A DNA stretch of 63,592 nt, the filler included, from Octopus bimaculoides (taxonomy: Eukaryota), in assembly GCF_001194135.2 (NCBI RefSeq). It is 5 parts of 5 records of this genome, joined end to end, with 100 filler letters (N's around TTAATTAATTAA, not from the genome) between each part and the next. Parts side by side here need not be neighbours in the genome. Positions count along the whole stretch, not along the records: positions 43,336 to 59,991 come from NC_068981.1; positions 60,092 to 61,658 come from NW_026390313.1; positions 61,759 to 63,592 come from NW_026350789.1; 2 more parts are not named here. One strand, written 5' to 3'. Both the position numbers and the translations under genes were made by a program. This document shows, in pieces, positions 53,894 through 63,592 of the stretch. The notes beneath the pieces were generated by a model. The model had not been told where the DNA came from. It did not search any database and saw nothing but the letters and a program-made list of their open reading frames with translations. Each line of letters begins with the position of its first letter. Positions within the stretch are counted from its first letter, which is position 1.

Positions 53894-54200
53894 CTAATCT
53901 GAAATGTGCGCCTCAGTATTCCCCTTGCAATCTTTTCTATATCGGAGAAACAGACAGTCATTATATCTATAGGTTTAGCCTTGTTTGTAAACTGCTGATA
54001 ACACACTGCTTTGGATATATATTCTCACACTGAGTGAAATGGTATTAGGGTCTAACAAAGGACATATTTAAACAATCACCTGAGGATGCGCATTTTACAA
54101 TTTGGATTGATAGTACGATTACACAATATCTCACCAATGTACAATGAATGTAAGAATCTGTCGAAACAACTGTAGCGATTTAAAATAAAGAATGTCGTCC
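53894..54200 (+). mobile_element. Inverted PLE-derived segment with 3' tail
   Basis: 53894-53957 is an inverted match to 52503-52566; the tail carries CTGAGGA...CGAAAC and AATAAA. Confidence 0.65.
54074..54180 (+). ncRNA. Type-I hammerhead-like motif with long stem II
   Basis: aatcac-CTGAGGA-t-g...c-GAAAC-aact-GTA-gcgatt; stem I pairs 5 of 6 bp. Confidence 0.45.
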
Positions 54201-54217
54201 ATTCCATTTTATTTCTT

Positions 54218-54291
<74 letters not shown>

Positions 54292-54645
54292 CGTCCGTCT
54301 GTCCGTCTGTCTGTCTGTCTGTATGTATGTATGTATGTATGTATGTATGTCTATCTATCTAAGCCTCGTCCAGCTATTTCTTTTTGCGAGTCTATCTCAC
54401 AAGGGAAAGATCGTTTTAGTTTTCTGTGCCCGCTTCCCGCCAATGTAATGAGGTTAGTGTTTTTGTGACTTTCAGAGTTAATCTCTTGACTCTTATTTTT
54501 AGCAGTCGCTGATGCTATTTTCCCCCTTTATTAACTCCTTTTTGGTTTTTAATTGCCAGAGGGCCACTCATACTATAATGTGTTTAATATATCTTAATAT
54601 ATTAATATATTATTGTAGTATATTCTTGTATTGATTATATATACA

Positions 54646-54685
<40 letters not shown>

Positions 54686-54895
54686 CACGGGTGTCTATGA
54701 TTGTGTACAGAAGAATATATTACTCAAAGAAATTCCAACTTTGTTTGATTTTCACATTTTATTTACAATTTTATAATAATATAAGATAATATAATATAAT
54801 GAAATGATGGAATGTTAAATACCCATTCTGATTGAACTAGTACTTTCATGCATTAAACTATGCAATCTTCAGGTTCATGTAGTAGTGGTGACAGT

Positions 54896-54936
54896 TATGT
54901 TTTACAATTTACAACTGTTGTAAATTGTAAAACATA
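54896..54936. repeat. Perfect palindrome, 20-bp arms, 1-nt spacer
   Basis: tatgttttacaatttacaac-t-gttgtaaattgtaaaacata. Confidence 0.95.
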
Positions 54937-55191
54937 GTAATCGTTACCAATAGGAATAAATTACCTTAATAATGGATATTAGCGTCAAATCTCTCTCTTA
55001 AATTAAAAAATTAAAATCTTTGTATATATANNNNNNNNNNNNNNNNNNNNNNNNNNNNNNNNNNNNNNNNNNNNNNNNNNNNNNNNNNNNNNNNNNNNNN
55101 NNNNNNNNNNNNNNNNNNNNNNNNNNNNNNNNNNNNNNNNNNNNNNNNNNNNNNNNNNNNNNNNNNNNNNNNNNNNNNNNNNNNNNNNNNN

Positions 55192-55222
<31 letters not shown>

Positions 55223-55342
55223 CAGAGAAATTCCAACTTTGATTTTCACTTTTTATTTACAATTATAATGATATAATGCAGAGTGACCCATGGCTTGAGA
55301 GTTTTGTGCGTTGGCCTTTATCAGTGCACGAAACTCTCGGCC

Positions 55343-55538
55343 CTTGAGTCACTTTGTTACTTCTGCTAAATATTAATAAAAAATAAATACATACTCATGT
55401 TTTGAGTTCTATTTTTCCTGTTTGCATCACCATGTCTGTGTGTGCGTGTGTGTGTGTGTGTGTAAAAATAGAACTCAAAATGTGAGTATGTGTATATTTT
55501 TATTTGTATATTTAACAGAAGTAACAAAGTGACTCAAG
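55343..55538. repeat. Long inverted repeat, ~75-bp arms (MITE-like)
   Basis: cttgagtcactttgttacttctg...gagttctattttt versus its reverse complement at 55464-55538. Confidence 0.9.
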
Positions 55539-56189
55539 ACACACACACACACACACACACATAATACCATGGAATAAGTTTGACACCTGTACAAATGTGT
55601 GTGGGTGAGGGTAAATGGTTTGACACTCATGACTGTTACTATAAATAGCCCTAATCATTTATAAATGTATCTGTTTGCTTTTGTGAGGATGTATGCGTCT
55701 ATATATGTATATGGATTGGTGGATGGGAGTGGCTGTGTGCGCGCATGTGTCGGAGTACTTTAAAGTACGTGTGTGAATGTGTGCATATAATATATGTGTG
55801 TGTATGTGTGCGTGCGTGTGTGTGTATGTATGTGTGCGTGCGTGTGTGTGTATATATAAATAAATGTAAATAATTGTTTAAACTTGATGACCTGTAGGAT
55901 ATATGCTTATGTGCATGCACTTGTATATGTGATTTTGTTGATTCGTTATTTTGTTGTTTTTATATATATTCACCTTAGTTTTCCCTCGTTGTTGCTTGTG
56001 TTATACTTTTTTCAAGATCATATTCATTCTTAATAACCGTTCACTTTGTTTTGGTTCAGGTGCTACCCAATACCTGTCTTATTTATCATATTTACTGTAA
56101 TTTGTCATTGAGTTTTCAGTTATGTGATCAGCGAGGATATTCGCGAAACTCAGAATAGCAACAGAGATTAACCTCATGGTAATAAATAA

Positions 56190-59150
56190 AAAAAATTTTA
56201 TTGCTCTATTGAGTACTTTCTCCTATAATTTCTAAATTCAAGCGAACACCAAGTGAGTGATGAAAATTTCCTGGCTTTGGTTAAAAAGAAATACAGGAGG
56301 GTCAGTTAATTATGATTTTATTCAACATATTCAACATATTTGTATGTTTTATGTATATATTCTCATGCATATAGTTACATATCTAGACATGCTCATATAT
56401 ATTTAAAAGATAAACTTCTGGAAAGTTTTACAGATTTTTACAGTTCCAGTGATGGATTGGATCTGTAGTCTTCGAATTAGCTTTCTCCTTTCTGGTTTTG
56501 AGAAGCCTAATTTCTCAAGATTGATATTTAGGCAGTGTTGCATATCCCAGGGCCTCAATAATTACAGGTATAAACCTGAACTTGTAATCTTGATAAAGTA
56601 ACTGCAAATTTCTCAATAGTTCAGCATAGGTGTTCTCTTTTTCACTGAACTTCAGCTTTATGTTAACATCCGTTGGGCAGCTAATTTTCACATACTTTTT
56701 CTTGTCTGTCCCAAACAACCATATCCGACGTGTTATGCTTACACTTGACAGATGTTTTGATGGGAACGTTCCACCAGTATTCCTTGCGTGCATATTAAAT
56801 AACAAGTGGATTCTCTATATTTATTCCGGGAAAGTCTTTTTTCTGAATGGCATTGTATTAATATGTTATTTTTACGACAACGTCATATCGCATAGGGAGG
56901 TAGTACCGTGATGATATTTTGGGGCAGCTACTAATCACTCGTGTGATGTCTTCCACGGAAATATAACATAATTTACATTTACGGTTGAATCTTGGAACTC
57001 CAAGGGCCCCACTCTCCCTTTTGTTGATTTAGGTATTTAGTAGCAATCTCCTGTTCTTGGATTGCAAATGCATAGCCTTCTCAGTGTAATGTAGTGTAGC
57101 GGTCACGAGTTCAAGAGAGGCTACGCTTCATGTCAATAATATTATCTTCTTCAAGTCTTTGAGAAACATACCATGCTAGTTCGGCTGATTTTGGAATTGT
57201 ATAGGAGATCATCAGGAAGAGAGTACTTCCTGAGGAGCTCACTTCCAACACGTAAGTTATCGTTTTTATCACTTTTCAATACTAAGTTAAGGTATTTATT
57301 TTTGCTGCTATTATTTAGTAAGTGCTGTCAGAGAGATTATGTGACATTCGAAGGATGTCTGCACTGATCTCAATCCCCTACCTTCTTTATCTCTTCTTAG
57401 GTAGAGCCTGTCGATATCAATATTTTTGAGGAGATTTCCGGTTGATGTTAGAATTTTGCGGTTTTAATGTCTAAGGAGTGAATTTCTTCTACAGTCCAAC
57501 CAAGTATCCCAAATGTTGGAATCAGCACTGGTACTGCAAATGCATTGTGGGATATTGTCTTCTAAGAAGAGAGTTCAGTCAGACTGCCATATTTTTTTTA
57601 GTCTGATGTAATATTCTTGGGTCACTTTATCTTTATTCACAGTACCTTCGTATGATATATTTTCATAAATGTGTGGGATAGATGACCATTGATGCACAGG
57701 TTTTGTGTCTGATGGACTGATTTTCCTCGTGCAACAATAAAATAAGAACATTTCTTCCGGCCAAATTCTATTCCTGCGTCCGCTGAAAATGTTGTTTCTA
57801 ATCCAGCTGATTTTTTTTTTTTTTTTTGCACCGTTAGCATTTTTAGTATAAGTCTTGAGGTCACATTAATATCTCTGACAGTTGCAGGCCCTAACATGTA
57901 GCAGTTTGTTTTTTGTAGCAGGAATGATAATGGATTTAATGCCAAAATGAATAGAAGTACAGACAGACTGTCTCTCTGGAATATTCCTTTTGAAATATTT
58001 ATGGCATTGGAGACGATCGTTCCACTCTCTGTTCTAAGTGTGAAGATTGTGACGCAGGTCTTTGTGAGCTTCTCAGTGGCAGCAATTAAGGCAGCAGGCA
58101 CTTTTATCAAATGAAGACACTTCAATAGCTATGGGTGGGAAATAGAGATCAAATGCCGCCCTATTATCAAGCTATACTGTTGTAAGGTTTCCACGATTTT
58201 TTTTTCTTTGTTACTTCAGACAGTATAGTTTTGTTTATTAAAAGTTATACGGCACATCCCCACACTCCCTTCTTTCCACCAGACTGCTCATCTATCACTA
58301 TGTTGTTCGACTCACAATGATTCTGTAGGAATTTGCTGAGGTAGGATGTGTACAGTTTGTACATAATGTTTAGGTAAGCAATGGGCCTGTAGTTTTCAAG
58401 CAATTTGATGGTTTCATTCTTGGCCACGAGATTCGTCCGTGCTATAGCAAGCCAATTTGGTATGTCGATCTGACCTTCCGTAATGCTTTTGAATATACTT
58501 ATTAGTGGTTTCTTGTAAAATGTCAGCTTTTTATACCAGTATCCAACTATTAAGTCCCTTCCAGGTGCCTTCCCATTATGCAGTTTGTCTACAGCTATGG
58601 TGAAAGTTTCCGGGTCAATTGCATATGTTTTACTGCTGATGCTGGTACGGTATTCTCTCTTCGCGATGCATTGAGGTTGAGATACCTCTTTTCGTTCATG
58701 ATTTTCAGCCAGAATGATTCAAGTTCTTAAGAAGGGGCTTTCTTAACGGTGATATTTTCTTCCCTCATCTCTCTATATATTGCCAGTGGGTTAGAAGCAA
58801 ATTTATGATTTATACAGACTTATTCAGAGATTCGTTTTGGCCAGTTCTCAGTATTTTGAGAAGATCGATTTAAACCTCGAGAGCAAGTCATGTTTCTTTT
58901 GAAAAAGATGCTTGTTGTCAAAGTTGCTTCGCAGTAAATCTGGGATAAGATTCGTCCCAGTATTTTTTTAACCGCTTCATATATCCGATAGAAAAGTTTT
59001 CATGGATTTTCTCATAGCATCGAAGAAAAATGAGCGGAGTGCTTACGTCTTCTCAGGTAGCTTACTGGTGGTGTATTGTTGTTTTCGTCAGTGGTGATGC
59101 TAGTTTCTGTCATAATCGTGTCAGCGAAATTCCACGTGGTACAAGGTATA
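56190..59150 (-). mobile_element. R4/Dong-type lineage B, longest copy (~3 kb)
   Basis: Pre-RT region through RT (NYRPIAYLN, GIFQRDSLS) to RLE (ISCPTDVN...EKENTYAELLRNLQ...FIPVII). Confidence 0.88.
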
Positions 59151-59247
59151 TTTTTAAAATCTCGTCTGAATAACGCTACGGTGGTAGGTAAAAAGGTGTT
59201 TCTCTTATTTATAATGGGATAAATAAACCAATTACTGATTTAGGCTG

Positions 59248-59629
59248 TGGAGGCGCAATGGCCCAGTGGTTAGGACAGCGGATTCGCGGTCATAGGATCG
59301 CGGTTTCGATTCCCAGACCGGGTGGTGTGAGTGTTTATTGAGCGAAAACACCTAAAGCTCCACAAGGCTCCGGCAGGGGATGGTGGCGAATCCTGCTGTA
59401 TTCTTTCACCACAACTTTCCCTCACTCTTTCTTCCTGTTTCTGTTGTACCTGTATTTCAAAAGGCCAAACTTGTCACACTGTGTCACGCTGAATCTCCCC
59501 GAGGACTACGTTAAGGCTACACGTGTCTGTGGAGTGCTCAGCCACTTGCACGTTAATTTCACGAGCAGGCTGTTCCATTGATTGGATCAACTGGAACCCT
59601 TGTCGTCGTAACCGACGGAGTGCCACGGC
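59248..59629 (+). mobile_element. SINE family C, full length with 11-bp TSD
   Basis: A box tggcccagtgg, B box ggtttcgattccc; TSD GATTTAGGCTG at 59237-59247 and 59630-59640. Confidence 0.92.
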
Positions 59630-59740
59630 GATTTAGGCTGGAGGAGTCAGCATGAATGTAGACGGGAATGTAGGCCCTCTACGCCTGCACGTCTGATGTT
59701 GACGGCACCATGTATGTATGTATGGTTTATTTCTCCCATG

Positions 59741-59779
<39 letters not shown>

Positions 59780-60879
59780 CGTGCGTTTTTGCGAGGATAT
59801 AGATTCCGCTTTAAAGGGATGTTAGCATCCAAGATTCCCCGGTTTAATCCTATATATCGATGAAATACTCATGAGTCACGTTTTACTTAGTAGTATTGTT
59901 GTTTATTAGTTAATAATTGGCATAAACATTAAACACATTAAAGAGTCCAGGCATATTTAAATAGATGTTTGTTTCACTTCAATATATATGGNNNNNNNNN
60001 NNNNNNNNNNNNNNNNNNNNNNNNNNNNNNNNNNNTTAATTAATTAANNNNNNNNNNNNNNNNNNNNNNNNNNNNNNNNNNNNNNNNNNNNGAGAGAGAG
60101 AGAGAGAGAGAGAGAGGGGGGAGGTTTCTTTTCAATTTGATGTGGTCAACCCATTGAAATATATATATACAGATATATATACACACAGATATATACACAC
60201 AGATATATACAAAGAATGGAATTCATTCAGTTTACCTCAAGGAAATCCATTCAGAAGGCTTTGGTTGTCCCGAGACTATGGTAGAAGGCACAGGGAGCCG
60301 TACTCAAATTCACTGTTGGAAAGCAAGTCTCTTAACTGCACAGCCACGCTTGTATCTATTTCATACAGTCACAAACATATATACATACATATCTATAAAT
60401 CACTGTAGCAACCAGATGATTGGCCGTTGCTATGCCCTGCTGGTCACACTGCAGTTCTTCACGTTATTCTGAGGACCAAGGTGTATAAGTGACGCAGATC
60501 ATGATATTCACCCTAAACAGGGCACCAGTCAATCACAGGGTTATTTATTTACAGCTCAGTTGACGGGAACAATGTGAAATTAGGTATCTATCTGAGGACC
60601 TCTAAGCACCACCCTCTGGGATTCGGAATCATGTACACAAGATCAGGAACACCATAACGTAATCACTAGGCCACACATGTTTACAATGTGTGTGTGTGTG
60701 TGTGTGCATGCATGTGTGTGTGAGAGAGAGAGTGTATGAACATGTTTCTATATAGGTGTTGCCCAATAAAACCAATGATAAAAATGTTAACAAGATGTCA
60801 GGCTTTTATTTGTCACAAAATAAAAAAAGGTTTAAATGGGCTTCATATAATCTCCATACGTAGGTGTGTGTATGTGTGC

Positions 60880-61620
60880 GCATGCGTGTATAAGTACATG
60901 GAGATCGTCTACTCCTTATGCAGAGTTTCACTACCTCCTCTACCTACACCTTAGCACCATCATGGCGTCTGATGTGGCTTTTAAACCAGACAATGTGCTG
61001 AAAAGACACCCACACAGATTGCGCATCCAATTTGGACCACCAAGAGCTGCAGGTAAGTTCTGATCTTTGTGGATATTAAAATGTCTTTTGAAGCCTCCGT
61101 TGCATTTGCAAACCTTCTAGCATACATTGCATTCAAATGTGTGCACAGACATATGGGCAGAATAGTTGGTGCAGGTTTGTTTTCCATGGGTTCGCAGATG
61201 TGATTTGAGCCCAGCAAAAGAAAGGCATGGTCTGTTACAGACTGTGCACACAAAAAGGTCCTTGTCATTCAACTTCTTGGTCGTTACTTTCTTCCTTAGA
61301 TGTCTTTTGACTCTTACATGTGTTATCCTGGCCTCTTTAAATGCTTTCACTCCACTCCACATTTTGTTCGCCATCCACCTCGATCCAAAGTAAGGGTTTC
61401 TATGTCTTTTGCATCCATTCCAAGTGACTTTATAGTCGTCCTTATGTTGTCCTTTTTAGGTTTACGCCGATAGCGTTTCCCCCTCTGAAAGCTTACCATA
61501 AAACAGCTGTTTCGGCATGCGTTCATCTGCCATTTGAACAATATGGCCACACCATCTCATTTCGTTCCTCAAAATCATAGCTTTAATTGATGTGATGCAT
61601 GCAGATGCAAGGTTATCTGT
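60880..61620 (-). mobile_element. RTE-clade LINE 3' region with three C2H2-like zinc fingers
   Basis: KQLFYG..SEGKR...KD...DRGGWR, then CTVC..HLRTH, CNVC*..HFNIH and a frameshifted NLCG..HIRRH. Confidence 0.8.
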
Positions 61621-61984
61621 GTTTGGAGTAAAAGAACACCATTTAATTTTTAAAATGTNNNNNNNNNNNNNNNNNNNNNNNNNNNNNNNNNNNNNNNNNN
61701 NNTTAATTAATTAANNNNNNNNNNNNNNNNNNNNNNNNNNNNNNNNNNNNNNNNNNNNACGCACACATAAATGTACACATCTATACGATATATATGTATG
61801 TGTGCGACGGGCTTCCACACAGTTTCCGTGTACCAAATTGACTTACGAGACATTGGTCACTCCTGGACTACAGGAGAATACACTTACACAAGGTGGTGGG
61901 TTGTGATACTGAACCCGAAACCACGTGGTTGTCTTCTTCACTTGTCCGCACTAGGTTTATATATTTATTTTTCATGCTGCTGTT

Positions 61985-62600
61985 TAGCAGATTCTGTCTA
62001 AGAAACTGTATCATATCCGAAGGCTGTTTTCATTGATCTCAAGCTTCTACCTCTTTCATCTCTTCTTAGAGCCAATCGATATCACTGTTTGTGTGGAAGT
62101 TTCCAGTTGATGTGAAGATCTTTCAGGTTTTAATGTTTATGGAGTGGATATCTTCTGCAGATCGATAAATTGTCCCAAATGTTGGAATCAACACTTACTG
62201 CAAATGCATTGTGGGCTATTGTCTTGTAAGAGAAGGTGTCCGGCTGCCATAGTTTTCTAAGTCTGGTATCTATCTTTATTCAGAGAGCCTCCGTGTATGT
62301 TTAACGTCAATGCCTAGGTACTTTTAGCATCCTTTGTGAGAATCAGAAAAGATGGAGACCATTGAGTATAGGCTCTCGGTTTGGGAAACTGATTTTCAAC
62401 GTTCATCAATCAAATATGAATACTTCTTTTGGCTAAGTTCCATTTCTATGTCAGCTGAAATGTTATTAACTCTGATTGATTTTTGGCATTGTAAACATTT
62501 TTAGGACAGATCTTCAAAGAAATTATGGGTTACATTGGTATCTTCAGTTGCAGACCCTAGCATGTAGCAATTGGATTTTTGTAACAGAAATGATAACGGA
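61985..62600 (-). mobile_element. R4/Dong-type lineage B fragment
   Basis: Collinear with ~46000-46640 and ~57390-57950. Confidence 0.8.
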
Positions 62601-62732
62601 TTCAATGTCAAAATAAGCAGAATTGCAAAAATGCATATATGAATCTCCACCCCCTCCTTCTCTCGACATAAATATAAATATAATATATATATATAGATAT
62701 ATGCATGCATATATCATATATACATATATACG

Positions 62733-62765
<33 letters not shown>

Positions 62766-62836
62766 GTATGTGTGTGTATGTGTTTATAGCTATAAACAAA
62801 CTTACATTTGTTTTTATTAGAAGCGTCGAAATGTGT

Positions 62837-62960
62837 TATTTCTTTACTACCCACAAGGGGCTACACACAGAGGGGACAAACAAGGACAGACAAACAGATT
62901 AAGTTGATTATATCGACCCCAGTGCGTAAGTGGTACTTATTTAATCGACCCCGAAAGGAG
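62837..62960 (-). mobile_element. SINE family A, 5'-truncated, with 16-bp TSD
   Basis: TSD aagcgtcgaaatgtgt at 62821-62836 and 62977-62992. Confidence 0.8.
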
Positions 62961-62991
62961 GCGTATTGTACGATACAAGCGTCGAAATGTG

Positions 62992-63098
62992 TATTGTACG
63001 ATAAAACAAGAAGATGATATTTTTTCGAACGCAGTATCGCCTGTTCTAACGGCAATACTGAGTTCGAAAAAATATCTTCTTATTTGTATCGTACAATA
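62992..63098. repeat. Hairpin with ~50-bp arms and 9-nt loop
   Basis: tattgtacgata...ttttttcgaacgcagtatcgcc / ggcaatactgagttcgaaaaaa...tatcgtacaata. Confidence 0.88.
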
Positions 63099-63418
63099 TG
63101 TATATGTATATATACATACAATGCTTACAATATGTAAATTAGAGTTATGTTGGAAAACTCTTGCATGATTGGCCAGAAATGCTCTGAAATGGTGCGTCCT
63201 CGAGAAAAACGAATTTGATTTTCGAAATTTGCATCTCAAGGAGAAGGTTTCCCCTAATAATAATATAAACTAGAAAAGCACACGGAGAGCGCAGACCTGC
63301 GCCAAGCAGCTCATTTCCACCCATATACACGCATGCTGAAAATCGCCCAATTTCCCAAACCACCACCACCACCACCATCACTTACTCTTTCCTTCTCTCC
63401 CTCTCTTTTCCCTCCGTC

Positions 63419-63592
63419 GGATCTTTGGGGTTTGACGGGCAACATTTTTTTTGTAGTGTTTTTGGTACCGAAACACTTTCAAACTTCGAATATTTGTATA
63501 TTTTGTGGTATAGAACAGATAAAAAATATTGTATTCGAAGTCATTTTATGTAAAAAATTGTCGTATTTCGGTAATTTCAACCAATCACTGAC
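63419..63592. mobile_element. Second, inverted copy of the 47796-48412 TIR family, running off the window
   Basis: Starts ggatct; matches the reverse complement of ~48250-48412. Confidence 0.8.

Noticed and set aside
59248-59325. tRNA gene
   Set aside because: A/B boxes are present, but the anticodon and acceptor stems do not close and the sequence continues into a repeated SINE body with a TSD
4089-63381. Dozens of ORFs rich in YI/HT/CV/poly-L/poly-I/poly-N
   Set aside because: Translations of CA, TA, CATA and TAA microsatellites or of N runs; no coding signal

Overview
AT-rich, microsatellite-dense animal genomic DNA, most likely an octopus (inferred from the repeat families; not verifiable here). 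It is a draft scaffold with 11 N gaps, four of them artificial 44N-TTAATTAATTAA-44N joins. No complete host gene is recognisable, and most ORFs in the supplied track are microsatellite translations. The window is dominated by decayed mobile elements: about six lineages of R4/Dong-type non-LTR retrotransposons (RT plus restriction-like endonuclease), Penelope-like elements with hammerhead-ribozyme-like motifs, RTE/CR1/Tx1 fragments, mariner and Tc1 relics, hAT-like MITEs and three tRNA-derived SINE families. Most notable: (1) a head-to-tail train of different R4-type elements at 37-47 kb, nearly all ending strand-specifically in (TAA)n; (2) a ~540-bp non-coding element with fixed ends that uses the same (TAA)n target (4 copies); (3) hammerhead-like cores in inverted Penelope pseudo-LTRs; (4) a 617-bp TIR element with an 8-bp TSD carrying (TTAGGG)n; (5) a CpG-decayed 18S rDNA fragment; (6) a shift from CpG-decayed DNA (left of ~31.3 kb) to CpG-retaining DNA (right), suggesting a methylated host gene body with only tentative exons. 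Boundaries of degenerate elements are approximate.
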